Shown here: positions 1 through 11,929 of the stretch, piece after piece
Layout: every line of letters begins with the position of its first letter
Position numbering within the stretch: the stretch's first letter is position 1
Source of the DNA: Eledone cirrhosa
Lineage: Eukaryota
Assembly: GCA_964016885.1 (NCBI GenBank)
Contig: OZ024740.1
Location: 182,962,001-183,026,000 of the forward strand
DNA length: 64,000 bases
Reading direction: 5' to 3'
Position numbers and translations under genes: made by a program
Notes under the pieces: model-generated
The model's input: only the letters and a program-made list of their open reading frames with translations
Database searches by the model: none
What the model was told of the DNA's origin: nothing

Positions 1-1335
1 CTCACCCTCTTTTAACAAAAGCATTAAATTTTGCTAAAAAGTTTATTAATATTTCTGATATTGAAGGGAGTGTCATTTTGCATGCTAGAAATACATTACT
101 GTTTACTAATAATGATACTTGGGTAAAAAAATCTAACCCAGAGAACCCCTTCGATGTCTCAATGGGTTCTTTTGACAGTGCTGACGGGTGTGATTTAGTC
201 GGCCTATTCCTCCTCTACACACTTAAAGAGAAATTCCCTAACCATACCATTGGGCTTTATCATGACCATGGTCCAATACTTTCCGATACTACTATAGGCC
301 ATAATTTAGACAGATTCAGGAAAGACTTAATAAAAACCTTCGCTAGATTTAATCTTAAAATTACAATTGACACAAACCTTTCTAATGTTAATTTTCTAGA
401 TATAAACATAGATCTGCCTACTACTTCTTATAAACCGTACCATAAAACTAATGAAAATTTAAAATACATAAATAACGGCTCTTGCCATCCTCCTATAGTA
501 TTTAAAAATCTCATCCCTAATATTAGCTGTAGGTCTCCACCCTCTCTTCCTGAGAAACTATTTTCAATAAGGCAGCCCCCTACTATAATAAAGCCCTTCA
601 AAATAGTGGATCTAGTGAACTGATGAAGTACATACCTAACAATACTAACTCCTTTAAACATAATAATAGGAAAAGAAAAATAATCTGGTTCACACCCCTA
701 CTCTTTAGCAGTTAAAACTAATGTCGGCAAAAAATTCCTAGAGCTCTTAGATAAACATTGCCCTAGAACACATAGATACTATAAGATCTTCAATAGAAAC
801 TGTGTCAAAATCAGCTACTCCTGCGGTCCCTCTATTAAATCTTATATCCTTAATAAGAAAACACCCAGAAAATATCAAAATTGCTCCTGTAGAGTCAAAA
901 GTGAATACCCATTACAAGGTAAATGCAACACCAAAGCCATTGTATATGAGGCCAAAGTGACAACCACCAGCAATAACCTACCAGCCACCAGCGAACGATA
1001 TGTGGGTATGACACAAGACAAATTCAAAACGCATTATTACTCACATGTTGCATCTTTCCGACACCCTGAAAAAAAGATTTACAACAGCTCTGGCTAGCAG
1101 AATTTGGGATTTGAAGGACCAAGGTATCCAATATAAATTAGATTGGTCAATTTTGAACCAATCTAAAGAATACGCAAGAGGAACAAGAAGAGGCGCACTC
1201 TGCATAAGTTAAAAATATTGGATTTTACAGAACCTTAAATCACCAAAAACTTGTCTAAATGCAAAGACAGAAATTTTCCCCAGTTGCCCACACATGAAAT
1301 CACACTTGCTTTCCAGCTCATATAAACTTAACTCA
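1..1335 (+). mobile_element. Penelope-like retroelement (Naiad-like), decayed RT + GIY-YIG endonuclease, running off the window start
   Basis: ORF 78-623 has PLE RT motifs (FDVSMGSFDSADGCDLVG, degenerate YHDH for YRDD, VNFLDI, YKPYHK, SCHPP). Frameshifted continuation reads IIWFTP, KISYSC, CSCR..PLQGKC..IVYEAKV..YVGMT and ends ..CPHMKS. Confidence 0.85.
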
Positions 1336-1911
1336 CTTTCAGATACTTATCGTCCATAAACTCTTATTCTTCACTTTCCTTAACTTACCTTTTTTTATAG
1401 ACTTCTCATTCAGTTTTACTTATCTTCTATTTTTACTTTACATCCACAAGTGAACCTCGCCCCCTGTTATTTGATTCTTTAAATTTATATCTTAACAATT
1501 ATACATTATTTACATTTATTTTACTTCCCCTTTTTCTTTCACTACCAGACATCACATGTCACTTGTGTTTTTAACTCCAGATATTTTCCGTTGTCCCTCA
1601 ACCGCTTGTATGTATGTATACTTGCGTGTATTTTGTACCCTTTTATTCATACGGTTGTTTTTTTTTATATATGTATGCAAGCGTATGTGTGCATGTATGT
1701 GTATACGTGTTTGTATATGTATACGAACGCATTCGTATGTGTGTGTGTGTGCATGTGTGTGTGTGTGTGCGTGTACGTATATGTGTTTTCACATGTATAT
1801 ATATATGGTCGCGTGCGTGGGTGTGAATAGATGTGCATGTATGCATATATATGTGTATATGTATGTATATATGCGTGTATATGTATGTATGTATGCGTGT
1901 ATCTGTATGTA

Positions 1912-2154
1912 TCACTATAAAAGCTTCACGGCACAGGCATTGCTTTATATCTGGAGATCTCTCTGCACTTGTCGTCACATGGTACCATGGGCCCAGCACT
2001 ATGTGTCAATAATTGTCACAAGTGTAGTGTTTGTACCAGAGTTTTCATGTCGCAGGCTGGACTAAAAAGTCACACTCGTTCAGCGCATTGGTAGGGGTTC
2101 TCCTACATGGATATAAAGTAGTGGCCGTACTCGAAAACGAGTTGGCAGCCACCA
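1912..2154 (+). mobile_element. RTE-derived non-autonomous retroposon, 5'-truncated copy
   Basis: Near-identical to 18404-18657, 21601-22002 and 49542-50075(-). Includes a C2H2-like remnant (CSVCTRVF..LAGLKSH) and ends gttggcagccacca before a TA/TG tract. Confidence 0.75.
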
Positions 2155-2584
2155 TATGTATGTATGCGTGTATGTGTATGTATGCTTTTGTGCACGCGTT
2201 TTTGTCTGTATGTATATATATTTATATATATATGTATGTAGTAAGAGCTTGTTCGCGTAAATGCATGTTTTCTACTTTTTATTTATTTTTTCTTGTGTTA
2301 CTTTATATATTACAACCCCTCCCACTTACTTTCTCTTTGCCTTAATTTTTTTTTTATTCTTATCTTATATATTATTTCATTTATTTTCATATTTTATATT
2401 TGTATCGACCTCCGTCTGACACTGCGTTGACTTTATACACTCTCTTCCCTGTATGTATCACATACTTGTATGTGTTTGTGCGTGTGTGTATGTTTATACG
2501 CGTGCGTCTTTTCATCGTTGTATGTGTATATATTTCAGTCCTTAGTCCCTAAGTCTGTATGTATGCTAACTCCATTATCTTACA

Positions 2585-2587
<3 letters not shown>

Positions 2588-2623
<36 letters not shown>

Positions 2624-2646
2624 ACTCTCTCTCTCTCTCTCTCCCC

Positions 2647-2691
<45 letters not shown>
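2588..2691. repeat. (CT)n-(TA)n compound microsatellite
   Basis: Directly visible. It is one of many (TA)n/(TG)n/(CT)n tracts, e.g. 3607-3712, 9786-9843, 19141-19230 and 19762-19879. Confidence 0.95.
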
Positions 2692-2694
<3 letters not shown>

Positions 2695-2850
2695 CATAGA
2701 AGGAGCTTCTACAGGACTAGTACTGTTTCATTCCTGAATGAAACAGTACTAGTCCTGTAGAAGCTCCTTCTATAAAATAAAAAATTTTACTCTGCCATGT
2801 ACTGAGTACCTTACTTACTGTGGTTATCCCCGAGTCAACCCGGGACCTAC
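2692..2850 (+). mobile_element. PLE pLTR-like end with 5' fold-back palindrome (2696-2773)
   Basis: Perfect ~38-bp inverted arms around 2734/2735. The right arm carries GAAAC..GTC and is homologous to 50838-50970(-). Flanked by (TA)n. Confidence 0.65.
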
Positions 2851-2900
<50 letters not shown>

Positions 2901-3180
2901 GTATTTGTGGTCACACATACACTAATATGTTTGCCCTCATGTATGTACTTACGCACGCATTTTTTCACTATACACATGCAGTTGTACATACACACACATG
3001 TACATATGTACATATGTACATATGTATGTGCATATACACACATTTACACACATCCCCTTACTATATTTCTTTATTTTTATTTTTTATACATTTCTTGTAT
3101 TATTACTTTTATTTATATTTTTGCCCGTTAAACTATTAACCTTTCTTGAGGAGATTTTTCAAATATTTCACTCTGTTTTA

Positions 3181-3258
3181 AATTACTTTGTCTGACGAAC
3201 GAATGCGGACGTTTCTTGTATTCGTCTTATCCGGAAAACCTTTGGTAATGAGGTAATT
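3181..3258 (+). ncRNA. Type I hammerhead ribozyme, degenerate
   Basis: aattactttgt-CTGACGA-[acgaatgc..gtattcgt]-cttatccg-GAAA(A)-cc ttt gg-TA-atgaggtaatt. Stem I pairs with G-U wobbles, there is one extra A, and stem II is rearranged. Same family as 22260-22317. Confidence 0.6.
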
Positions 3259-3460
3259 ATATTGTATTGTGTATTATACATTAAATAATTATATATATAT
3301 ATATAAATATATATAATGATCATAGGTTTAACAAGGTTCATTGATTAATCAATGAATATATTTTTACAATAGATTAGATGCACTCAACTGTGAGGTTTTT
3401 TGGATTTTTTTATATTACTTCAAAATATTAATAAATATAACCATTCATGTGATCAAATAT

Positions 3461-3524
3461 ATTTTATTATATATGTTTCAGAGGTACTGAGATGTTTCCT
3501 CAGTACGTCCTCATCAGATTAAAT
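3461..3524 (-). ncRNA. Minimal type I hammerhead ribozyme
   Basis: Minus strand reads atttaat-CTGATGA-GGACGTACTGAG gaaacat CTCAGTACCTCT-GAAA-catata-TA-ataaaat. Stem II is 11/12 paired. Lies in a segment flanked by (TA)n. Confidence 0.75.
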
Positions 3525-3604
3525 AAATTGATGTCTGACATACCTCAACTGTGCTGATGGTTCAATTTCAGTTCTGACTGCCTATATTTATTAATATTTT
3601 GAAG

Positions 3605-3689
<85 letters not shown>

Positions 3690-3711
3690 TATATATATAT
3701 ATATATATATA

Positions 3712-4379
3712 TAGCTAACACGCTAACAAGATGATAGCTAACAAGCTTGAAACTAGTACATCGTTCCTGTGTCAGTGTTGAACAAAAAGGTGACGTGGTT
3801 GCCTTAACACCGTGCGGCATAAATTCAGGCTGTTCAGTTTGTTTACAAACGAACAAAGCGGACGCTATAATAAGCGTCCGCTAAACTGATGCGTACATAT
3901 ATGTATGTGTACCTGTACGTATATATATATATATATATATATATATGCATGCGACTGTACGTCTGTATACATATATGTATGTACGTATACATACATACTT
4001 ACATTTAAGTAAGTGCCGTACTAAGAGTGAGAAATGAAACTTCGTTTTCATTTTATTACAACTCATCGTTTTCGGTGCGCCTGACCGATTTAACTCACTC
4101 GATATGCAAATTAGGCTGCTCAGCCGTCAATTTTCATAAGGAAAGTATATATTTTCGAACGTTAAACTATCTGGCAGATGGGTATACGGTGTTGATGATA
4201 GCTAACAAGCTTGAAACTAGTACATCGTTCCTGTGTCAGTGTTGAACAAAAAGGTGACGTGGTTGCCTTAACACCATGCGGCATAAATTCAGGCTGTTCA
4301 GTTTGTTTACAAACGAACAAAGCGGGCGCTATAATAAGCGTCCGCTAAACTGATGCGTACATATATGTATGTGTACCTG

Positions 4380-4455
<76 letters not shown>

Positions 4456-4567
4456 TGCTACTGTACCTCTGTATTCATATATGTATGTACGTATACATAC
4501 ATACTTACATTTAAGTAAGTGCCGTACTAAGAGTGAGAAATGAAACTTCGTTTTCATTTTATTACAA

Positions 4568-4569
<2 letters not shown>
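3712..4569 (+). mobile_element. Tandem array A (~1.8 x 464 bp) of HHR-containing unit, retrozyme-like
   Basis: Direct repeat with GAAACTAGTA at 3749 and 4213. Internal (TA)n, no real ORF, flanked by (TA)n. Confidence 0.8.
4186..4228 (+). ncRNA. Minimal type I hammerhead ribozyme with C3-to-U core mutation
   Basis: acggtg-TTGATGA-t agct aaca agct t-GAAA-ctag-TA-catcgt. A 5'-truncated copy lies at 3730-3764. Confidence 0.75.
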
Positions 4570-4626
<57 letters not shown>

Positions 4627-5089
4627 GTGTGTGTATAAATATATATATAACTGTTTGTTAAATGAGAAATTTCATTGAAATAGAGGAATCTCTACATATT
4701 TTCTCTGAAAGGAATCTAAATATTAGCATTGTCAAAGCCTCATAAATATACAACATGTGTGGCACCAAGGTGTATGATTTAAATCATTTTTGGAAAATTG
4801 ATGGCATATTTGTAAATTGCTTTACTGTTTGCAATTAACTTTAACAGCCTTCACTAAAAATCATTGAACATATTCCCACTTTAGACAATATTTCATTATC
4901 TTATTTGATGGAGATATAAATTTCAAGCATCCAGAATTCATGTTACTTAGTAACACTAAATTATGGGAAGCACTAAATTATAATCCCCGTTTACTCTACC
5001 ATTTACATATTTCTATTGAACATGGTGGTAAAAATGTGTTTCTTGTATATTGGAGGCTGTACAGATTTTAAGTGACTTGTACTATCAAA

Positions 5090-5345
5090 TATACATACCT
5101 TAGTGGCTAGACCATTGGGCTTGCAATTATGAGGTTGTGTATTAAATTCCAGGTGATATGTTGTGTGCTTAAGCAAGGTGCGTTATTTTATGTTGCTCTA
5201 GATCACTCAGCAGTAGAAATGAGTTATAACATCACTTGTGCCAAGCTGTATTGGCCATTGCATTTCCATTGGATAATATCGGTGACATGGAGAAGGGAGA
5301 TAGATATACATGGCCAACTGCTAGTTTTCCAGAAACAACCTTGCC
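5090..5345 (+). mobile_element. tRNA-derived SINE, diverged
   Basis: tagtggctagacc.. head and ..tttatgttgctctag..actcagcagtagaaatgag body, similar to 50119-50260. Related reverse copies lie near 38100-38290 and 56800-57050. Confidence 0.55.
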
Positions 5346-5659
5346 CAGACTCGTGGAGAAATTTCTAGGTGCAAATCTGACTGTCATTCATGACCGATGG
5401 ATGTCTTTACACCTTAGTGCGATTGTTCAGTGTTCAGATGCTGCATGCTGCATCTACTACAGTGAATTCCAAATTGAACACAATGTTTCTTCAATCAGAG
5501 AGCTATGAGAAAAAAGGCTGGATTAATCTTCTGAAATGTTACATGTGAGAGATTAGCACATCATCCAGGAGAATACAAGTCTCTTCTCTCTATGTAACAT
5601 TTATAATCCAGAGTTATGATCAACCCTATGAACATATATATATGTTCATAGAAGAAATT

Positions 5660-5890
5660 CAGCAAGCATGCTTCAATGGATGTGCAATGTCAATGTGCGT
5701 GAACAACCAAGCATGGATGAGTTGAGAGAGAAACTGTGTATAAGAGAATAAACTGTTTTAGTTATGGTCATGGGATGTGCATGGAGGATGACCACTTGGT
5801 GAAGAAGTGCCAAGTAATCCCAGTGGAAAGAAGACATATGACTGGAATGGATGAAAGCTGACCTCAGATCGCTGAAGCTCACAGAAAGTG
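5660..5890 (+). mobile_element. RTE LINE C-terminal fragment
   Basis: Translates ASMLQWMCNVNVREQPSMDELREKL, matching 13860-14130. Confidence 0.7.
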
Positions 5891-8283
5891 TACAATAATG
5901 TTATATCTCTATACATACAACTGTGTAACCGAGACAGCATGATTGTCCATATAAATATACAGAAATTTAATAAGTAGGCATATAGACATGCCAGAAAATA
6001 CAAATTTTTCTGTAAATTGAAAAGATGAAAACCACCTTTAATCAATTAATACACAAATACACACTTACATACATATACATCATCATCATCGTTTAAAATC
6101 CATTCTCCCTGCTAGCAATGGTGAGCCATATTATCACAGACTGGCCAATATTCAGGGAGAACTTGTGACTTCTAGGTCTGGGGGTACATCATATGAAACT
6201 ACACTCTAAGGTGTGCATTTTATTATGGTACCAACATTAAAGAAGTTGTTACGTTTTAGCATAGCTGAAGGGTTTTCAAGATCCTTTTTTTGACAGATTT
6301 TCTTCAGTGGGGTGTTCTTTGTATCACCAATCACTTCACAGAGTGCAGGAGGGGATCATTTATTATGTAGATCACCAAACCTAGGTAAGGGGGTGATATG
6401 TTTATGAAACAGCTGAATAGTCCTCTCAACCCTTTTGGTTGGTAATTTTTTGATGACTGGATGCTCTCCCTATCACCAATTACTTTACAGAGTAACCTGG
6501 GGGTGTTTATAATGTAGTTCACCAGTTCACCAACACTAGCCTTCTCAGTAATATAGATTTCCAGTGTTCACTAATGCCAACCACTTTACAGGGTGTACTG
6601 AGTTCTTTTTTGTCATGGTGTCAGCACAACCACAGCATCCTTCCCCACTGTTGATTAGGTCTCCTGGGTGACAAAAGCAGACAATAAATTTTAGAGAGCC
6701 TCACTTTCAGCTGAGGGAATCAAATTTACATGTGCTTTTAGTGCTTACTTTTCCAGTGCATCTGTTGCATATAAAATATTTCTGTAAACCTGCTTGGAAT
6801 CCTATCACATCTCTTGTGTGTCCATAGATAACACTGAGTGCACCTTCTGGAGTTTCTGCCCACCACTTTCAAACATATTGAACAAAGCTACTTTCCTGAT
6901 GCTATCAGCCTCTTCTCATCTTTCCTAAGTTTACTTTTATGCATTTTTATTCTAGGATCCCTCTGTGTGTGTGTGTGTGTACAAATGAATGTAAATACAC
7001 ATATACAAAAAATATCTATATGACAAAATTACTCCATCTGAAAATTCACTTAATAAATCAGAAGAATTTTGAGATAAAACAATGACGGGTCAGAATTTCT
7101 TCAGCCAGACTGAAGCAAGTTCTTTATATATTTCTAGGTGGGAATTAACACACGTATTTTGACCATATTTGGTCTTTGAAAGCAAGAGCTCAAATAATAT
7201 CAGTAACTTATTGATTGATCACTTGCTCTTATTGTAAGCTGCAACAGTCAGGTTCCTGTGGGAAATAACTTTGTAAGGAACTTGCAGTTTTCAAGGTAAT
7301 GAGTCTTACCAAAAACCAAATATACTTTTTACAGAAATTATGGCTTCAGTTTATTTAATGAGGGGGAATAGGAAATAGAACAAAATGGCCAAAAACAAAG
7401 AAACAAAAAAAAAAAATAATGCAATTAATTTAAGAGTCTAGGCGAAATAAAATCATAGCTACTACAGTAAATCTAAATTCACAGCAAGGTTTAACTATTT
7501 TATGTCAGCAAACAAATTGATCCATTTTAATAGAAAACATCAACTTGAAAGCAGTGGTGGTGAAGAGGAAAATGAGGAGAAAAAAAGGTAAAAACAGAAA
7601 TATGCAATACTTAGTTTTTAGATATTAAAACAGTTGTGTCATATAATGTACTAGTGTAAATAACTGTATAATGTGCTGTCAAAGAGTACTTTATTGAAAG
7701 ATTTTTGCTTGTTTTTGTATGTATTCTGTTTTATGGTTATTTTCATTTTTTATGTTCAATCATGCATCAACAGCTTGCTAGAAGAGGATAAAAGGGAGAA
7801 AAGAATATTTTCGAAAATGTTATATGTATGTAGCCACTTTTTCTGTTATGTAGTCTCTCTCTCTCATACACTACCCAACAGAAATATTACTGAAATTGTT
7901 AGAAGCTACCCAAAAGGAAGCCATTCACAATACACACCTTCTGCAACTAATTTCTACACAACATTACATTATATATATATGAGAGAGGGGGGGGGGGAGA
8001 AAGAGAGAGAGAGGTATTTGTTGTTACTATTGTTGTAGAGCCTCAGAACAATGACCCTGATCAAGCAGAACTATAATCAAAGGCATACAATGACCTTTTA
8101 TTTATTCACACATAATGTACCCTGAATTACATTATCGAATGTCACTCTTTTAAAACGATAGAATGTGGTTTGAGAGAGATTTGGCTTCTATTTCTAGCAG
8201 GCCAGATAACCAACTAGAGACTTCCTAACTGGGAAGCAGAGCAATACAATTCCTTTGTGGTATCACATAAACAGATGGCTAGA

Positions 8284-8468
8284 TTAACCCTTTAGCATTT
8301 ACATTATATTTACTATTGTATTTTTTCAGTAAAGGCTTTATCTCACATAATTATCTCATATAATATTGAATCTACAAGATTTTGATATCATATATTTTGA
8401 GAACAATACCCTAACGTCAGAATGGGTAGCCAGATTTAACAGAAAAGGGTTTAAATGTTAATGGATTA
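8284..8468. mobile_element. piggyBac-like MITE
   Basis: TTAA-ccctttagcattta ... taaatgttaatgga-TTAA. A related copy in opposite orientation lies at ~31693-31908. Confidence 0.55.
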
Positions 8469-8726
8469 AGTAGTTTTAAGACCCTAAGTACTTAAACAAA
8501 TGTAATGCCCCACCTCCCTCCACCTCTCCTAATATATAAAGTCTGCAAAAAAAAAAATAGCTTTGGAATGACAAATACTGAATAAAATTGCTTACATGAA
8601 AAAGAGAAAGATATCTAGAATAAATTTTTGTTTATGCTAATTTATATATATATAATAGGTGAATTCCTGACATAAAGCATCTGTATATATGCAGAGTGGT
8701 TAACAGAGACTGCAACAATGTGTGTG

Positions 8727-9095
8727 TCATCATCATCATCATCATCATCACTGTTTTATGTTCGTTCTTCCATGCTAGCATGGGTTAGACGGGTTGTCCT
8801 GTTGTGGGCAGTGTCTTGTCGTCTGACCATGCCTTGCTCATACAGGAACTGATTTTGGCTTGATTTCTACAGCTGGATGCCCTTCCTAACACCAACCTCA
8901 TTTACAGTGAGTGCTGGGTGCTTTTTCTGTGGCGCCTACACGTCCACTTTACAGTGTGGGTTGGGTGCTTTTTTGCTGTGGCACCTCCACGACCACCTTG
9001 CAGTGGGAGGGTGTGGAGGCATATTGTCTATATGCTTCAGCTTGTACCCATGGGAGGTTGGGTACTCTGTATTACTGTGTGACGCCAGAGGTCAT
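8727..9095 (-). mobile_element. 5'-truncated RTE 3' end with (ATG)n tail
   Basis: Matches 15228-15590, the 3' UTR of the RTE at 15228-16250, and 60978-61290(+). Confidence 0.75.
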
Positions 9096-9782
9096 GTGTG
9101 TATATATACACTGACATGTAAACATGCCAGAAAATATGAATTTTCCTGTCTACTGAAAAAAATGATAAACACATTTAATTTTTAGACCAAGTTGAGTCCA
9201 CATCAAAAGCTGTGTGTATCAACTAAACAGCTACAAAGAAATACACGACCGAACTAGATCAAAAAGGTGATTATCATTGTTTTCAATTGACGGGAAAATT
9301 CTTATTTTCTATCATGTTTACATGTCTTCATATTAAAAATCTCTTTATCTACCTTTTGTCACACTCTATATATAGAGATATCCATCTAGGACGGGTAAAA
9401 TTTGATAGCACTTCTTTCCTCTGACAATTTGTTACTTAGATAAGCTTTCTGAAGATGTGTGATAAATAATTAAATATTGCATATGATTGAACAATATATA
9501 TTGTAGTCAGACTATTATAACAGATACAGAAACATATATTAAACCAATAAATTTGTACTCTCCTTTCTCACTAAAGTCTATATATTTTTCTTGGTGCAAA
9601 ACTTGCTTATATTTATATACATATATATATATAAATATATATATATATGTATGATAGATAGATAGATAATTAGAAAGAGCCAGGACCCAAACACTTTCTC
9701 CTATAGTCACACTCTACTACCCCTAGTATTGTGTATTCTGCTGAATAATGGTCCTACTAGTTTTATGCTGGTTAAATCCTTC

Positions 9783-9845
<63 letters not shown>

Positions 9846-9940
9846 TTGTCATAGAAATAACTCAAAATATGACAACCTGTCTAATAATGCAAACATGGAA
9901 AATAGTTGTAAAACAGTGATAAGGATACACATTCACACAG

Positions 9941-9983
<43 letters not shown>

Positions 9984-10116
9984 TGTATGGGTGCAAGAAA
10001 AATTGCATCTATAGGTGGTATGCCAGGTGAGCACTCGATGCTCACGCAGAGCATAGTATAATACTATAAGAATAAACAAACAAAGAGTCAATGTTGTATC
10101 ATATCATATTTAATAA

Positions 10117-10202
10117 CATATTATATATGTTTCACTATCGATCAACTCAAGGAACGACCTATCATTGAACCTGACTCTGGAATTGAAAGATCATCAGATA
10201 TG
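10117..10202 (-). ncRNA. Type I hammerhead ribozyme with long stem II, in a (TA)n-flanked element (~9982-10430)
   Basis: Minus strand reads CATAT-CTGATGA-[tcaattc..gagttga]-GAAA-catata-TA-ATATG, with a perfect 5-bp stem I. A perfect hairpin gatctcgtctc/gagacgagatc lies at 10215-10237. Confidence 0.65.
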
Positions 10203-10427
10203 CTTCTGTATGCGATCTCGTCTCCGAGACGAGATCACATATGGACACACGAGCAGAAGGACGTGTGTTTTTTCCTGCTGACTGCATATCACTAAATAGG
10301 ATTTCATCTGAGGATACCGTTCTCATAACAACAACAAATGCATAAAAGACCTCCCAATTGCATGGAGAACCATGGAAATAATTATGATGATTAAACGATT
10401 TATGTAACATCAACATTATTATTTTTG

Positions 10428-10464
<37 letters not shown>

Positions 10465-11929
10465 AAGGAGAATATTTGATACAAAGCATTGTGAGATATG
10501 TAATGAATGACTGTACCAGCTTTCTGAAACTTATCAATGCAGTAGAAATATATAAAGGGCAAAGGATGACAAATAAATCAAAAAGAAACTTGGGCGACAT
10601 TAGGTAAAAAGACACTGATCATTTGTTCTTTGTTTTGAAGAGTTTCTGTCTTACATTTGAAAAGAGAGTAACAGCCTTTAAATATCATGTTGAAATAACT
10701 TGGGTTTAATATTACTTTGTTTTGTTTTATTTGTCATCCTCAGCCCTTTATATATTTCTACCATATTGTACTGGCATTCTGAAACTTATCATTGATTTAT
10801 TACATTATCTATCCCTCTCTCTCTCTATATATATATATACATATAATCTTTTTTATTTGTTTTTGGACCGCTTTTTAAGGACTTTGATTCAGCTGCGCTA
10901 TGTGTCCATGGTAAATTCGACAATGGAAAATCCCCTTGATGTCCTAAGCATGTTCTTATGTTGCCTCATGGTTAATCTAGCTTTGTATAAAGATTATAGA
11001 TGTCACAAAATTTACCACTGAACACTTGTATTTCAAGTGAAGTGAATGATTGAATTTCTTTTACCTAGCGCTGTTCATCTTTTCTTTCTTTAGCTACCCC
11101 TCATCCCATTCCTTTTTATAGTTGCTATTGTTATTAAACTATTTAATCTAACTGCCTTTCCTTTCATTCTCAGTTGTTGATCTGCTGCAGACATTTGCAG
11201 TTTGTCTTTGCATAAACTACATTTAACGAGACTGATATCAAAACAACTTAGAGACGAAAACATCTATAACATTATTCTACTTGTCATGAAATGTTTGAAT
11301 GTTACACTTTCATCAATCTTAGCTATGAAACAAAATCAAAGATGCAGTGAAAAATCTTTCACAAAATGAAGCAATATTATCAAGCTCAATAAAATACCAA
11401 GATATTTGGATGAAAACAATTGAAAGCATATTGATATTCTAGATTATTAATTTTTGAGTGTTTATAAAATTCCAATATGGATTTGCAAAGGTTTCAACAA
11501 GATTTAAAGGAGAGCTTTTACACAATTGCTCAATCTGTAAGAAATATAACACAAATCTCTTTCAAACTAGGCACCACTGGGGCTCAAAAGAAAGAGGCTT
11601 GCAAATGTTACTAGGAAAGGAAATTAATTGAAATCAAAAGAAATTATACTTAGTAAAGGCTATAACACACCATCAGAGGTGATGGGGTGTAAATAAATGT
11701 ATATACATACACAAACACAAGAATATTGTTTTTGCATATTTTCCAAAGGGCGGAGAATTTTGACTCCCATTTGGTGTGCGTTCACATAGACATACATACT
11801 ATATGTACATACACACACACACAAGCATACATATATATATATATATGTACATATATTTTATAAGTGTGTGTGTTTCTGTGTGAATGATTATATATATATA
11901 TATATATATGTGTGTGTATGTATATATAC

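Noticed and set aside
1556-4557. Many ORFs rich in YI/CV/HT/SL repeats (also 18099-22244 and 60599-61435)
   Set aside because: They are translations of (TA)n/(TG)n/(CT)n microsatellites, not genes.
3712-4569. CRISPR array or simple satellite interpretation of the tandem units
   Set aside because: Eukaryotic context, ~465-bp units with no unique spacers, and defined ends carrying ribozymes.
7138-7295. + strand exon with good AG/GT boundaries
   Set aside because: Stops in all three frames, so it could only be non-coding.
9440-9512. CTGAAGA + stem + gaac..gtc hammerhead-like string
   Set aside because: GAAA is missing and stem I is weak. At best a decayed relic.
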